A DNA stretch of 64,000 nucleotides from an uncultured Pelagibacteraceae bacterium (GTDB lineage Bacteria; Pseudomonadota; Alphaproteobacteria; Pelagibacterales; Pelagibacteraceae), in the NCBI GenBank assembly GCA_902545635.1, contig CACCGT010000003.1, positions 18,416 through 82,415 on the forward strand, written 5' to 3'. This document shows, piece after piece, positions 1 through 11,090 of this stretch. Each line of letters opens with the position of its first letter. Position 1 is the first letter of the stretch. Position numbers and translations under genes: made by a program. Below the pieces are notes generated by a model. That model saw only the letters and a list, made by a program, of their open reading frames with translations. It searched no databases and was not told the DNA's origin.

Positions 1-564
1 TTTTGCATGACCTTGAGACAATTTTTCATCAATGATTAGCTCAACAATTTCTTTAGGTAAACTCAAAAGTCTTAAACAATTAGAAATATGTGATCTACTT
101 TTGCCAATAAACTTAGATACTTTATCTTGATCATAACTGAATTCATCTATTAATCTTTTATAACCTTCAGCTTCTTCAATTGGATTTAAATCTTTTCTTT
201 GAACATTTTCTACAATTGCAAATTCTAAAGATTTAAGATTATCAACATTAATTACTACCACTGGCACCTGATGTAAGCCAGCATGTTGTGCGGCTTGCCA
301 TCTTCTTTCTCCAGCTATTATTTCAAACTTGTCTTCTTCCTCAGCTGAAGGTCGTACTATGATAGGCTGGATAATTCCTCTTTCTCTAATAGAGTTAGTT
401 AATTCTTCCAAACTGTTTTCATCAAATTTCTTTCTTGGTTGATATTTGTTTCTAATTAACGAACTTATTGAGACATTTTTTTGTTCGTCAATTTTCTCAC
501 TATCGCCTATCAAAGATGATAGACCTCTCCCAAGCCCTTTTTTTGATTTAAATGGGTTTATCAT
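1..564 (-). CDS. parB: Chromosome partitioning protein ParB (runs off window edge)
   Basis: Not in ORF track. Hand translation from ATG 564, overlapping the parA stop: MINPFKSKKGLGRGLSSLI...GIIQPIIVRP...IIAGERRWQAA (ParB N-terminal peptide and Box II). Confidence 0.95.
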   Translation of the reverse strand, partial: MINPFKSKKGLGRGLSSLIGDSEKIDEQKNVSISSLIRNKYQPRKKFDENSLEELTNSIRERGIIQPIIVRPSAEEEDKFEIIAGERRWQAAQHAGLHQVPVVVINVDNLKSLEFAIVENVQRKDLNPIEEAEGYKRLIDEFSYDQDKVSKFIGKSRSHISNCLRLLSLPKEIVELIIDEKLSQGHAK

Positions 565-1361
565 GCTGCGCTCTCCACTTGTTTATCTTGATTTAAAAAT
601 TCTTCTGTAAAATTAAAATATGCTCTGCTGCCAGGGCAAGTCTTATCATAAATTAAAACCGGAACTCCATGCGAAGGTGCTTCTGATAATCTTACATTTC
701 TTGGAACAACAGTACTATAAACTTTTTCCTTAAAATAATTTCTTGCCTCAGTTTCAACCTCTCCAGATAATTTATTTCTTTTATCATACATAGTCAGAAG
801 TATTCCTCTTATCTCCAAAGAGGGATTGAGATTAAATTTTATTCTTTCAATTGTTTTTAAAAGCTGTGTGAGACCCTCAAGAGCAAAAAATTCTGTCTGA
901 AGTGGTACAATAAGAGCATCAGAGGCTACTAATGCCATAATTGTAAGAAGGCTCAACGATGGTGGACAGTCAATTATTATATAATCATAGGACGGCCCAG
1001 AAGTGTTTAAAATTGCGATTAATTCGTCTTTTAATTTGAATGCTCTTCTGCTGTCTCCAGCAGTTTCAACCTCAAGGCCTGATAAATCGACATTTGATGA
1101 GATCAAATTTAAATTTTCAAAACTTGTGGACTGAATTACCTCTGAAATATTTTTATTTCCGTTAAGAACATTATAAATTGTTAGATCAGAACTAGTTGTA
1201 TTGGATTTTCCCAGGCCTGTCGTTGCATTTCCTTGAGGATCAAGGTCTATAACAAGAATTTTTTTCCCTTTCATTGTTAATCCAGCAGCAAGATTTATAA
1301 CCGTTGTAGTCTTTCCAACTCCACCTTTCTGATTTATGACTGAAATAATTTTTTTATCCAT
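561..1361 (-). CDS. parA: ParA/Soj ATPase
   Basis: Deviant Walker A KGGVGKTT, IDLDPQGNAT, DCPPSL; upstream of parB. Confidence 0.97.
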   Translation of the reverse strand: MDKKIISVINQKGGVGKTTTVINLAAGLTMKGKKILVIDLDPQGNATTGLGKSNTTSSDLTIYNVLNGNKNISEVIQSTSFENLNLISSNVDLSGLEVETAGDSRRAFKLKDELIAILNTSGPSYDYIIIDCPPSLSLLTIMALVASDALIVPLQTEFFALEGLTQLLKTIERIKFNLNPSLEIRGILLTMYDKRNKLSGEVETEARNYFKEKVYSTVVPRNVRLSEAPSHGVPVLIYDKTCPGSRAYFNFTEEFLNQDKQVESAA

Positions 1362-1998
1362 TTTTTTTTTTTAAATTAGAAATTTTTACCACTAGTGACT
1401 CTTCACTTGTTACACTTTTCATTTCCTCTAAATTAAATTTCCATTTTTTAGAAACTTCATTTAAAATTTTTTTTCCACTCTTGCCTAAATACATGACTAT
1501 GTATTTAAAATTTTTAAAATTCTTTGTTGCTATATCAAAAATTACCGGCAAAGGTTTAAATGCTCGACAAATTATTACATCTGTGACTAAGTTTTTCTCC
1601 TCAAAAATATTTTTTTGATAAATTTTAGCTTCTAATTTAAACTTTTTTGCCATCTCTTTTAAGAAACTGCTTTTATGGTAACTCTTTTCATAAAAAATTA
1701 GCTTAAAACCTTGTTTTTTAGGTTTCATCAAAATACCTAAAACTATACTAGGAAGCCCTGCGCCTGATCCAAGATCAGTGCAAACTTTTATATCATTTTT
1801 ATCAATAAAATCAATAGTTTGTGCACTATCGTAAATATGTCTTGTATTTATTGACTTTTCTGTAGAAGAACTTATCAAATTAATCATCTTGTTTTTATCT
1901 AAAATTGACTTCGAATAGTCTTCAAGCTCCAACAATGTTTCACGTGAAACATTTGGAAGATAAATTTTATCTTTTTTTATTATTTTCGAATCAATCAA
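1354..1998 (-). CDS. rsmG: 16S rRNA m7G527 methyltransferase RsmG (GidB)
   Basis: [24 protein letters not shown] motif; between mnmG and parA. Confidence 0.93.
   Translation of the reverse strand: MIDSKIIKKDKIYLPNVSRETLLELEDYSKSILDKNKMINLISSSTEKSINTRHIYDSAQTIDFIDKNDIKVCTDLGSGAGLPSIVLGILMKPKKQGFKLIFYEKSYHKSSFLKEMAKKFKLEAKIYQKNIFEEKNLVTDVIICRAFKPLPVIFDIATKNFKNFKYIVMYLGKSGKKILNEVSKKWKFNLEEMKSVTSEESLVVKISNLKKKNG
1936..1951. promoter_or_regulatory. parS centromere site
   Basis: Perfect palindrome TGTTTCACGTGAAACA matching the parS consensus, extending to 20 bp (1934-1953), inside rsmG next to parAB. Confidence 0.92.
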
Positions 1999-3866
1999 GC
2001 TATATGCTTAATAGACTTTCTTTTAACATGAGACAACAAAATATATACTGCAGCAGGTGTAATTCCGTCTATTCTTAGAGCCTGACCGAGTGTTTTTGGT
2101 CTAATTTGCTTGAATTTCGTCTTTACCTCATTTGATAATCCAGAAAATTGATCATAATTTATATTTTCTGGTATTTTAAGATTTTCATCCCTTTTGAATG
2201 CTAAAATATCAGCATTTTGTTTTTTTAAGTAACCTTTATAATGTGCTTTTATCTCAATCTGCTCATCGATTTCACTAGAAATGTATTTGATTTCTGGCCA
2301 AATTTCCCTAATTTTGCTCATATTTACTGACTTTTGGCTCAGAATTTCCAATGCACTTCTTTTAATTCCGTCTTTAGCAATATTAATTCCAAATTTAGAT
2401 ACTTTTGAGGGAGAAATCGAAGAATTTTCCATATTTTTTAGACTTTCCTCTAATTGAGACGCTTTCTCTTTATATATAATTTTTCTCTCATCTAATATTA
2501 AACCAATATCAATTCCTTTTTGGGTAAGTCTTATATCTGCATTATCAGATCTCAAAGATAGCCTGTATTCTGCCCTTGAAGTGAACATTCTATAGGGCTC
2601 TGCAACTCCTTTTGTAACTAAATCATCTATCATAACACCTATGTATGCATCAGATCTATTAAGTATAAATGGTTCTTTACTTTTAACAGAGAGAGCAGCA
2701 TTTATTCCTGCTATCAATCCTTGTGCTGCAGCTTCTTCGTAGCCTGTTGTTCCATTTATTTGACCTGCAAGGTAAAGATTTTTAATTTTTTTTGTCTCTA
2801 AAGTTAAGAATAGCTCCCGTGGGTCCACAAAATCATATTCTATTGCATATCCGGGCCTTAATATCTTTACATTTTCTAAACCATTGATATTATTACATAT
2901 TTCTTGCTGTATTTCAGCAGGCAGAGAAGTTGAAATTCCATTAGGGTATATTGTTTTATCATTTAAACCTTCTGGCTCTAAAAATATTTGATGTTTTTGC
3001 TTATCAGCAAACTTTACAATTTTATCTTCTATAGATGGACAATATCTAGGACCAACACCTTGGATACTGCCTGAGTACATAGCACTACTTTTTAAATTTT
3101 TAGATATGATCTCATGAACTGCTTGATTGGTATAAGTCATCCTACATGAAATTTGTCTGTTGATATTTTTTTTTGTAAGGAAAGAAAAAAAATATGGATC
3201 TTCATCTGCATGCTGCTCTTCGAGTTTTTCAAAATTAATTGTAGTTGCGTCCAGTCTTGGAGGTGTACCTGTTTTTAATCTTCCAATTTTAAAATTATAT
3301 TTTTCTAATTGTTCACTTAAACCTGTAGAAGGTTTTTCATTAAATCTTCCTGCAGGTGTTTTTTCTTCACCAATGTGAATTAAACCATTTAAAAAAGTTC
3401 CAGTTGTAAGAATAACCTTTGATGATAGTACTTTTTTACCTTTTTGCGTATTAAAACCAATTATATTGTTTTTTTCAAAAATAAACTCTATTACAGGATC
3501 AAAAAAAATGCTTAAATTACAATAGTTTACAAGTTTTTCTTGCATATATTTCTTATATAAAGATCTATCACTTTGAGTACGTGGTCCACGGACAGCTGGG
3601 CCTCTACTTCTATTTAACAATCGAAATTGAATTCCTGATTTATCTGCAACCTCACCCATTACACCATCAAGTGCATCTATCTCTCTAACAAGGTGCCCTT
3701 TGCCCAATCCTCCAATTGCTGGATTGCATGACATTTCACCAATTGTATCAAATTTATGAGTGAATAAGGCAGTATTTACGCCCAATCTAGCAGATGCCGC
3801 AGCAGCTTCACAGCCAGCATGACCTCCACCAATTACAACAACATCAAATGATAACTCATTTTTCAT
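1995..3866 (-). CDS. mnmG: tRNA uridine-5-carboxymethylaminomethyl modification enzyme MnmG (GidA)
   Basis: [44 protein letters not shown]. Confidence 0.98.
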   Translation of the reverse strand: MKNELSFDVVVIGGGHAGCEAAAASARLGVNTALFTHKFDTIGEMSCNPAIGGLGKGHLVREIDALDGVMGEVADKSGIQFRLLNRSRGPAVRGPRTQSDRSLYKKYMQEKLVNYCNLSIFFDPVIEFIFEKNNIIGFNTQKGKKVLSSKVILTTGTFLNGLIHIGEEKTPAGRFNEKPSTGLSEQLEKYNFKIGRLKTGTPPRLDATTINFEKLEEQHADEDPYFFSFLTKKNINRQISCRMTYTNQAVHEIISKNLKSSAMYSGSIQGVGPRYCPSIEDKIVKFADKQKHQIFLEPEGLNDKTIYPNGISTSLPAEIQQEICNNINGLENVKILRPGYAIEYDFVDPRELFLTLETKKIKNLYLAGQINGTTGYEEAAAQGLIAGINAALSVKSKEPFILNRSDAYIGVMIDDLVTKGVAEPYRMFTSRAEYRLSLRSDNADIRLTQKGIDIGLILDERKIIYKEKASQLEESLKNMENSSISPSKVSKFGINIAKDGIKRSALEILSQKSVNMSKIREIWPEIKYISSEIDEQIEIKAHYKGYLKKQNADILAFKRDENLKIPENINYDQFSGLSNEVKTKFKQIRPKTLGQALRIDGITPAAVYILLSHVKRKSIKHIA

Positions 3867-3942
3867 AGTTGTAATTTATTATTGATCTTAAAATTTACAA
3901 GAAAACAGTTAAAAGTGTGAAAAAAGTAAGTAAAATAAACAC

Positions 3943-5274
3943 TTATTTACCTATACAGAAATCATTAAAAATGGATCCTAATATTTCTTCAACATCAACT
4001 TTTCCGACAATCATCCCTAGGTGTCTAGTCGCTAACCTTAAATCCTCTGCAGCTTTATCAAAATCTTCTTGTGAATTTTTTTCCTCGAAATTTTTTAAAT
4101 TTTGTAAACAAGCCTCTAAACTTTGTCTATGTCTCTCTCTAGTTATTAGAGTTTCGTTTGTACTTGTAAATTTGTTTTTTAAATTATCTCTAATTCGAGC
4201 TATTAATTCATCCAAATTAGTTTCATTTTTAATTGATATTAAGATTGGATTAAATTTGGTAATTTGTTGATTAATATTTTTGTAACCAAGATCTATTTTA
4301 TTTATAACAATTATTGATTTTTCGGTTACTAAATCATTCAAAAAACCAGTGAAATCAACACTTTTTGGCTCTATTAATATTATATTTAGATCTGCATCTT
4401 CGGCACGTTTAAGAGCTAATTTAATTCCTTTTTTCTCAATCTCATCTTTAGATTCCCTTATACCAGCAGTATCAGAAATTATCACTGGATAACCATCTAA
4501 ATTCAAATGAGCTTCGATAACATCTCTTGTTGTTCCAGCTATCTCTGAAACGATAGCCACATCACGATTTGACAGATAATTTAATAAAGAAGATTTGCCA
4601 GCATTCGCAGGTCCTATAATTGCAATCTTAAAGCCTTCTCTTATTCTTTCACCAACTTTTTGGTCGTTCAGGATTTTTTCAATTTCTCTCCTAATGTTTA
4701 CAGAGTCAATTTTGATACTTTTAATTATATCATCTGGGAGGTCTTCTTCAGGGAAATCAATTTTAGCTTCAACGTTTGATAAAATTTTTAAAAGCTTTGC
4801 TCTTAATGAGTCAAATTTTTCTGAACTTCTTCCACTCATAATTTTCACAGCTTGTTGTCGTTGAATTTCAGTTTCTGCGGAGATGAGATCTGATATACTT
4901 TCGGCTTTTAAAAGATTTATCTTTTCATTTTGAAAAGCAATTTTTGTAAACTCTCCCGGTTCAGCTAATCTACAATTCTCAATTTTTGATAATTGATCAA
5001 GAATTGACCTGACCACTGCAATACTACCGTGTACATGGATTTCAGCCATATCTTCACCTGTGTAGCTCTGAGGGGCAGGAAACCATATTAATATTCCCTC
5101 ATCAATAAGCTCAAAAGTCTTGATTTTATTAAACTTTTTTATAGTAGCAACTCTGGGCTTCGGAAGTTTATGATCTGTAAGTAATTTAATAACTGCTTTG
5201 GTATCTTTTCCAGATATTCTAATTACTGCTATGCCAGATACACCTGGTCCAGATGATAAAGCAAATATAGTCAT
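3943..5274 (-). CDS. mnmE: tRNA modification GTPase MnmE (TrmE)
   Basis: SYTGED, GPANAGKSS, GTTRD, DTAG, NKID, C-terminal FCIGK. Confidence 0.98.
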   Translation of the reverse strand: MTIFALSSGPGVSGIAVIRISGKDTKAVIKLLTDHKLPKPRVATIKKFNKIKTFELIDEGILIWFPAPQSYTGEDMAEIHVHGSIAVVRSILDQLSKIENCRLAEPGEFTKIAFQNEKINLLKAESISDLISAETEIQRQQAVKIMSGRSSEKFDSLRAKLLKILSNVEAKIDFPEEDLPDDIIKSIKIDSVNIRREIEKILNDQKVGERIREGFKIAIIGPANAGKSSLLNYLSNRDVAIVSEIAGTTRDVIEAHLNLDGYPVIISDTAGIRESKDEIEKKGIKLALKRAEDADLNIILIEPKSVDFTGFLNDLVTEKSIIVINKIDLGYKNINQQITKFNPILISIKNETNLDELIARIRDNLKNKFTSTNETLITRERHRQSLEACLQNLKNFEEKNSQEDFDKAAEDLRLATRHLGMIVGKVDVEEILGSIFNDFCIGK

Positions 5275-5320
5275 TTATTTATTATAGTTTTATATTTGTT
5301 GAAATTATATAACTTTATTA

Positions 5321-6181
5321 ATGATAATATGGTTGGCATCATATCCTAAAAGTGGAAACACATGGTTAAGATTTTTAATTATGTCACTCATATTAAAGGA
5401 TAAAGAAGAAATTAATTTAGACCAATTGTCAGGTATAAAGCAGTTTCCATCAAGCCATCAGTACAATAAATTAAATGTTAATGAAATTAATTATTCAAAT
5501 TTAAATGATATTTCTAATTATTGGATTGAGACACAAAAAATAATAAACTCTGATAAATCAATTAAATTTTTTAAAACACATAATGCTCTTTGCAAAATAA
5601 ATAATAATATTTTTACAGACTTAAATAATACTCTTGGAGTTATATATATTGTACGCGATCCAAGGAATGTTGTTTCTTCAATTAACAATCACTATCATCA
5701 TATAGATCTTGAATTTTCAAAAAATTTTATTTTTGATGAAAAGAAAGGGATTATGAAAAAATCAAAATTTGATATTAATAGTGATTATGCGCTTCCACAA
5801 ATAATAGGATCTTGGAAAACTCATTATAATTCTTGGAAAAATATGAAAAAAAATTATCTACTTATAAAGTATGAGAATTTAATTATTAATCCTAAAAAAG
5901 AATTTAAAAAAGTTACTGGTTATTTAGAAGAACTAATGGGCCTTAATTTCTCTGAAAAATTAATAGATAAGGCAATTGAATTGAGTTCATTCAATAGACT
6001 ACAAAATCTTGAGGAAAAAAAAGGTTTTTCAGAAAGTGTGGTTGATCCTAATTCTGGAATTAGAAAAAAATTTTTTAACCTTGGACCAAAGAATAACTGG
6101 AGAGAAAAATTAAATAAAAAAATTTCTAATGAAATTGAAAAAGAGTTTGAAAACGAGATGATTGAATTGGGATACTTATAA
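5321..6181 (+). CDS. PAPS-dependent sulfotransferase (Sulfotransfer_1-like), copy 1
   Basis: 5'-PSB motif ASYPKSGNTW, KTH, 3'-PB motif IVRDPRNVVSS, KYE. Confidence 0.9.
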   Translation: MIIWLASYPKSGNTWLRFLIMSLILKDKEEINLDQLSGIKQFPSSHQYNKLNVNEINYSNLNDISNYWIETQKIINSDKSIKFFKTHNALCKINNNIFTDLNNTLGVIYIVRDPRNVVSSINNHYHHIDLEFSKNFIFDEKKGIMKKSKFDINSDYALPQIIGSWKTHYNSWKNMKKNYLLIKYENLIINPKKEFKKVTGYLEELMGLNFSEKLIDKAIELSSFNRLQNLEEKKGFSESVVDPNSGIRKKFFNLGPKNNWREKLNKKISNEIEKEFENEMIELGYL

Positions 6182-6183
6182 AA

Positions 6184-7044
6184 ATGATAATATGGTTGGC
6201 CTCATATCCTAAAAGTGGAAATACCTGGTTAAGATTTTTTATAATTTCTCTTCTGATGGGAAAAAAGACTAACCTTAATTTAAACCATTTAAAAGCAATC
6301 AGAGCTTATCCAGAGAAATCACAATTCAAAGGACTTTTATCGAACGTGTTAGACTTAGATCAGGTTGCTAAAAATTGGATATCTTCTCAAAATCAAATAA
6401 ACCATGATGATAGTTTAAGACTTTTAAAAACTCATAATATTTTTGGAAAGTATAAAAATTATCCATTTACAAATGATAAAAACACGCTTGCAACTATTCA
6501 TATTGTTAGAGATCCCAGAAATGTTGTTACATCACTTAAAAATCACTTTAACTTAGCTAACTATAAAGATGCAAAAGAATTTTTGTTTAAGCAAGGACAA
6601 GTTTTAACTTTATCTGAGAAGGAAAAGGAAAAATTTTTAAGTAAAGAAAAACATCCTCTTCCACAAATTATTGGATCCTGGAAAACTCATTATTTGTCAT
6701 GGAAGAGTATGAAAAAAAATTATCTTTTAGTTAAGTATGAAGATTTAATTCAAAATCCTAAGGATGAGTTTAACCGAGTTGCAAATTTTTTAGGAAAATT
6801 ATTTAAACATAATTTCAGTAAAGATGTAATTGATTATGCGATAAAATTAAGTTCTTTTGATAAATTAGAAAGAATGGAAAAAGAATATGGATTTACAGAA
6901 AGTTCTGTAAATCAAGATGGAACAAAACAAAAATTTTTTTATCTTGGACCGAAAAATGATTGGAAAGAAATGTTAAACGAAAAGCTTGTAGAGGAAATTT
7001 CTGCTGAATTTGAAAATGAGATGAAAGAATTAAATTATTTATAA
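6184..7044 (+). CDS. PAPS-dependent sulfotransferase (Sulfotransfer_1-like), copy 2
   Basis: ASYPKSGNTW, KTH, IVRDPRNVVTS, KYEDL; tandem paralog of the preceding gene. Confidence 0.9.
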   Translation: MIIWLASYPKSGNTWLRFFIISLLMGKKTNLNLNHLKAIRAYPEKSQFKGLLSNVLDLDQVAKNWISSQNQINHDDSLRLLKTHNIFGKYKNYPFTNDKNTLATIHIVRDPRNVVTSLKNHFNLANYKDAKEFLFKQGQVLTLSEKEKEKFLSKEKHPLPQIIGSWKTHYLSWKSMKKNYLLVKYEDLIQNPKDEFNRVANFLGKLFKHNFSKDVIDYAIKLSSFDKLERMEKEYGFTESSVNQDGTKQKFFYLGPKNDWKEMLNEKLVEEISAEFENEMKELNYL

Positions 7045-7048
7045 TTAT

Positions 7049-8320
7049 TTATGAAGGCTTATTCATAGAATTAAAAAACTCGGCATTATTTTTAGTTGTT
7101 TTTAATTTAGAATTAATGAAATCAATTGCATCCATCGATCCCATTGGAGCTATAATTCTTCTTAAAACATTCATTTTTTGAAGATCATTCTTATCAAAAA
7201 TCAGTTCCTCTCTTCTTGTTCCTGATTTTGTAATATCAATTGCAGGAAATATTCTTTTTTCACTTATTTTTCTATCTAAAATAGTTTCACTATTACCTGT
7301 ACCTTTAAACTCTTCAAAAATTACCTCGTCCATTCTGCTACCGGTATCTATTAAAGCTGTTGCTATGATTGTAAGCGAACCACCTTCTTCTATATTTCTA
7401 GCAGCACCAAAAAATCTTTTTGGTCTTTGAAGAGCATTTGCGTCAACTCCACCTGTTAAAACTTTACCTGAGCTAGGTACAACTGCATTATATGCTCTTC
7501 CTAATCTTGTTATTGAGTCTAATAATATAACAACATCTTTTTTATGCTCTGTCAGTCTTTTAGCTTTTTCGATCACCATTTCTGCAACTGCTACATGACG
7601 TTGAGCTGGCTCGTCAAATGTAGAACTAATAACTTCACCTTTGACAGTTCGTTGCATATCAGTTACCTCCTCTGGTCTCTCATCTATTAAAAGCACCATT
7701 AAATAACATTCCGGATGGTTGGCAGTTATTGAATTCGCAATACTTTGCAATATCATTGTTTTCCCAGCTTTAGGGGGAGAAATAATCAAAGACCTTTGTC
7801 CTTTACCAATTGGACTAACAAGATCAATTAATCTTGGAGTTAAATCAGGTTTTTTTTCTATTTTATTTGACTCAACTTCCATCCCTAATTGTTTATTCGG
7901 ATAAAGTGGAGTTAAGTTATCAAAAGCAATTTTATGTTTAAATTTATCAGGCTCTTCAAAATTTATTTTGCTTACCTGCAGTAGTGCAAAATATCTTTCA
8001 CCATCTTTTGGTGATCTAATTGGTCCTTCGACAGTATCGCCAGTTCTTAAGCCAAATCTTCTTATTTGACTTGGACTTACATATATGTCGTCAGCACCTG
8101 GTAAGTAATTTGACTCCATTGCTCTAAGGAAACCGAACCCATCCTGGAGCAATTGTAAAACTCCTCCACCTGTTATTTCTTCTCCTTTTTCTGCAAGTTT
8201 TTTTAAAATTGCAAAATATATTTCCTGTCTACGTAGGGTACTTGCATTTTCAATACCAAGCTTTTCAGCCTCAGTAATCAACTTTTCGGAGCTTTTTTCT
8301 TTTAGTTCTTGAATGTTCAT
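7049..8320 (-). CDS. rho: Transcription termination factor Rho
   Basis: [37 protein letters not shown]. Confidence 0.99.
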   Translation of the reverse strand: MNIQELKEKSSEKLITEAEKLGIENASTLRRQEIYFAILKKLAEKGEEITGGGVLQLLQDGFGFLRAMESNYLPGADDIYVSPSQIRRFGLRTGDTVEGPIRSPKDGERYFALLQVSKINFEEPDKFKHKIAFDNLTPLYPNKQLGMEVESNKIEKKPDLTPRLIDLVSPIGKGQRSLIISPPKAGKTMILQSIANSITANHPECYLMVLLIDERPEEVTDMQRTVKGEVISSTFDEPAQRHVAVAEMVIEKAKRLTEHKKDVVILLDSITRLGRAYNAVVPSSGKVLTGGVDANALQRPKRFFGAARNIEEGGSLTIIATALIDTGSRMDEVIFEEFKGTGNSETILDRKISEKRIFPAIDITKSGTRREELIFDKNDLQKMNVLRRIIAPMGSMDAIDFINSKLKTTKNNAEFFNSMNKPS

Positions 8321-8379
8321 GTGTGGAAGTTTTTGTTAAAGATATGATAGATATATATACTGATATAAAAATTTCAACC

Positions 8380-8814
8380 CTAGATAGGCTTAAAAACTAC
8401 AATAAAAACAATAAAAATAAGCAAAACTGTAGGTACTTCATTGATAATTCTATAAAATTTTGATGATTTTTTGTTTTCTTTCAATTTTAGTAAACGCATG
8501 CATTTGCCAAGATATTCATGATAGATAGTCAATATTACAACAAAAATGATTTTAAGTTGAACCCATAAATAGGCAAAACTTTCGATGCCATTAATCCAAA
8601 TTAAAATTATTCCAAAAAGCCATGATAAAATCATAGCTGGTCTCATTATATAATTGTAAAGCTTTCTTTCCATTGTCTCAAAAATTTCTGTAGCTTGTTC
8701 TTTTTCAAAGTTTTCTACATGATAAACAAATATTCTTGGTAAATATAATAGTCCAGCCATCCAAGAAATAACTGCGATTAAATGAAGAGATTTAAACAAA
8801 AGATATCCACTCAT
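8380..8814 (-). CDS. hemJ: Protoporphyrinogen oxidase HemJ
   Basis: KSLHLIAVISWMAGLLYLPRIFVYH, RIINEVP; hem cluster. Confidence 0.95.
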   Translation of the reverse strand: MSGYLLFKSLHLIAVISWMAGLLYLPRIFVYHVENFEKEQATEIFETMERKLYNYIMRPAMILSWLFGIILIWINGIESFAYLWVQLKIIFVVILTIYHEYLGKCMRLLKLKENKKSSKFYRIINEVPTVLLIFIVFIVVFKPI

Positions 8815-8817
8815 AAA

Positions 8818-9810
8818 TTATAAGTTTTTTGTAACCAGATGTTTTAACAGTGAAATATGATCTTCACTATCATTTAGACATGGCACCATTTCAAAATTTT
8901 CACCACCTGATTTCATAAAACTTTCTTTACCTTGAATTGATATTTCCTCTAGAGTTTCTACACAATCAGATGCAAATCCAGGGCAAATAACTAAAATATT
9001 TTTTTTACCTTCTTTTGGTAGAGTCTCAAAAGTTTTATCTGTGTAAGGTTGCAACCACTCTTGAGGACCAAATCTAGATTGAAAGGTAGTCTTGATTTCA
9101 ATATCTGAATACTGTTCTGAAATTAATCTGGTAGTTTTATGGCAATAACAATGATAAGGATCACCTTTATCAAAATATTTTTTTGGGATTCCATGGTAAG
9201 ATGCAATTATTAAATCTGGCTTCCAATTAATTTCACTAACCTTTTTTAAAATACTATTTTTAATCGCCTCAATGTACAACGGTTCGGACTCATAATGAGG
9301 TATTATTTTAAGATTTGGTTGCCACCTCATTTTCATTAAAGTTCTATAAACTTCATCACAAACTGTTGCTGTTGTTGCTGCTGCATATTGTGGATATAAT
9401 GGAAGCACAATTAAATTTTCACAACCCTTTTTTTGAAGACCATGAATTTTACTTTTCAAACTTGGATTTCCATATCTCATAGCGAAATCAACAATTAGAT
9501 CTTCGTTACCAATATGATTAGATAATTTTTCTGCTTGTCTTTCTGTAAAATATCTCAAAGGAGACATATTTTTATCTTCCATCCATATTTCTTTATAAGC
9601 TTTAGCTGTTTTAGAAGGTCTAAAGGTAAGTATAAATAAGTTAAGTATTACCTGCCAAATTAAGGGATTAACTTCAATTACTCGTCTGTCTGACAAGAAT
9701 TCTTTCAAATATTTCCTGATATCTAACCAGTTAGTTGAGTCGGGTGTACCAAGATTAACAATTAAAATACCTGTTTTACCATAATTAATTTTTGGATGCT
9801 CCGGGGTCAT
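8818..9810 (-). CDS. hemH: Ferrochelatase
   Basis: NLGTP, FLSDRRV, LPLYPQY, SYHG, FQSRFG, DCVETLEE. Confidence 0.97.
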   Translation of the reverse strand: MTPEHPKINYGKTGILIVNLGTPDSTNWLDIRKYLKEFLSDRRVIEVNPLIWQVILNLFILTFRPSKTAKAYKEIWMEDKNMSPLRYFTERQAEKLSNHIGNEDLIVDFAMRYGNPSLKSKIHGLQKKGCENLIVLPLYPQYAAATTATVCDEVYRTLMKMRWQPNLKIIPHYESEPLYIEAIKNSILKKVSEINWKPDLIIASYHGIPKKYFDKGDPYHCYCHKTTRLISEQYSDIEIKTTFQSRFGPQEWLQPYTDKTFETLPKEGKKNILVICPGFASDCVETLEEISIQGKESFMKSGGENFEMVPCLNDSEDHISLLKHLVTKNL

Positions 9811-10808
9811 TTAAAATTTCTTACAATCTTGATTAATTCTTCAACCATTTCAATTTTAGTTTCAGGAAGTATTCCGTGACCTAAATTAAAAATATATGGA
9901 TGATCTTTAAAAATACTTAAGTATTTTTCAACTTCTATTTTAAGGGTTTTTTGATCAGTTAGTAATATTTTTGGGTCAAGGCCTCCTTGTATCGGTATTT
10001 TGATTTCATTAACTATCTTCTTCGGATCAACATCGTAATCTATGTTTACAGCATCAGGTTTAACAATTTCACAAAAATTTCTATAGTCTTTAATACCTCT
10101 CGGAAAACAAATAACTGGAACTCCTAATTTTTTTACGTACTCTACAATATTAAGTGTAGGTATATAAATATATTCTGGAATTTTATCCTCCAATAATCCA
10201 GCCCAACTATCAAAAATTTGAATAACTTGGGCTCCTGCATCAATTTGATTTTTTATATGAAGTTTTAAGAATTTTTCTATTATTCCTAGTAATCTATTTA
10301 TTAAAAAATCATCTTTAAAAAATTCATCCGATAAACCTTTTTTAGGAGAAGATTTATTAATCATGTAAACTAGTATTGTCCAGGGCGCTCCAACAAATCC
10401 AATCATATCCCTATTACTCATTAAAGGATCTTTGGACGTCATTTCGATTGCTTTGTAAACTTTATAAATTTTTTCAGTAAAACTTATTTCATCAACATTT
10501 TTAATTATTTCTAAATCTATATCTCCTAATTTAGGTCCAAAATTTTTTTCAAATTCTACTTTTTGACGAAGACCATAGGGTAACATTAAAATATCTGAAA
10601 ATATTACAGCTCCATCAAACCCAAATCTTTTAATAGGTTGTAAAGTAATTTCAGACGCTAAATCACTATTTAGGCAAAGTTTTATAAAGTCTTGGTTTTC
10701 TTTTCTAATTTCTCTAAACTCTGGAAGATACCTTCCTGCTTGTCTCATTAACCATATAGGATTAAATTGAGTATCTTCATTTTTAATACAGTTAGTTATG
10801 GGACTCAT
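9807..10808 (-). CDS. hemE: Uroporphyrinogen decarboxylase
   Basis: PIWLMRQAGRYLPE, FSDIL, QIFDSWAG, FNLGHG. Confidence 0.97.
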   Translation of the reverse strand: MSPITNCIKNEDTQFNPIWLMRQAGRYLPEFREIRKENQDFIKLCLNSDLASEITLQPIKRFGFDGAVIFSDILMLPYGLRQKVEFEKNFGPKLGDIDLEIIKNVDEISFTEKIYKVYKAIEMTSKDPLMSNRDMIGFVGAPWTILVYMINKSSPKKGLSDEFFKDDFLINRLLGIIEKFLKLHIKNQIDAGAQVIQIFDSWAGLLEDKIPEYIYIPTLNIVEYVKKLGVPVICFPRGIKDYRNFCEIVKPDAVNIDYDVDPKKIVNEIKIPIQGGLDPKILLTDQKTLKIEVEKYLSIFKDHPYIFNLGHGILPETKIEMVEELIKIVRNFK

Positions 10809-11090
10809 ATAAATAGATATATATTATTTACTTTATTAGTATTATGTATTGTGAATAACGTAAATTAGTCAATTTCCACATTCAATTAACTTTTTATTAA
10901 CAATTTTGATCTTAAATTAATAAGGTTTTTTGAGGTAAATTAGAGTTTCCAACAATTTTATGTATTTTGTATAACTATAATCACATTTTATAATTCAGTT
11001 AATTTTATTATAAAAAAACAAACTTCTATGCACCAAAAGGATAAATCTGCATTTTTCTTATTTTACTTATAGTTTATAAACATTTTATAC
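10809..11090. other. Putative chromosomal replication origin (oriC)
   Basis: 282-bp AT-rich gap, the largest spacer in the window, between divergent hemE and DUF299 (the alphaproteobacterial oriC position). DnaA box TGTGAATAA at 10850-10858; one-mismatch boxes at 10872-10880, 10894-10902, 10966-10974, 11074-11082; parABS nearby. Confidence 0.8.

Noticed and set aside
1361-1372. T12 homopolymer at the rsmG/parA overlap as a phase-variation tract
   Set aside because: Long A/T runs encoding Lys are common throughout this AT-rich window, and both frames are intact.
10886-10901. TTAA-N7-TTAAC CtrA-like box in the putative oriC
   Set aside because: Matches the consensus but is likely by chance at this AT content, and I cannot confirm ctrA exists in this genome.
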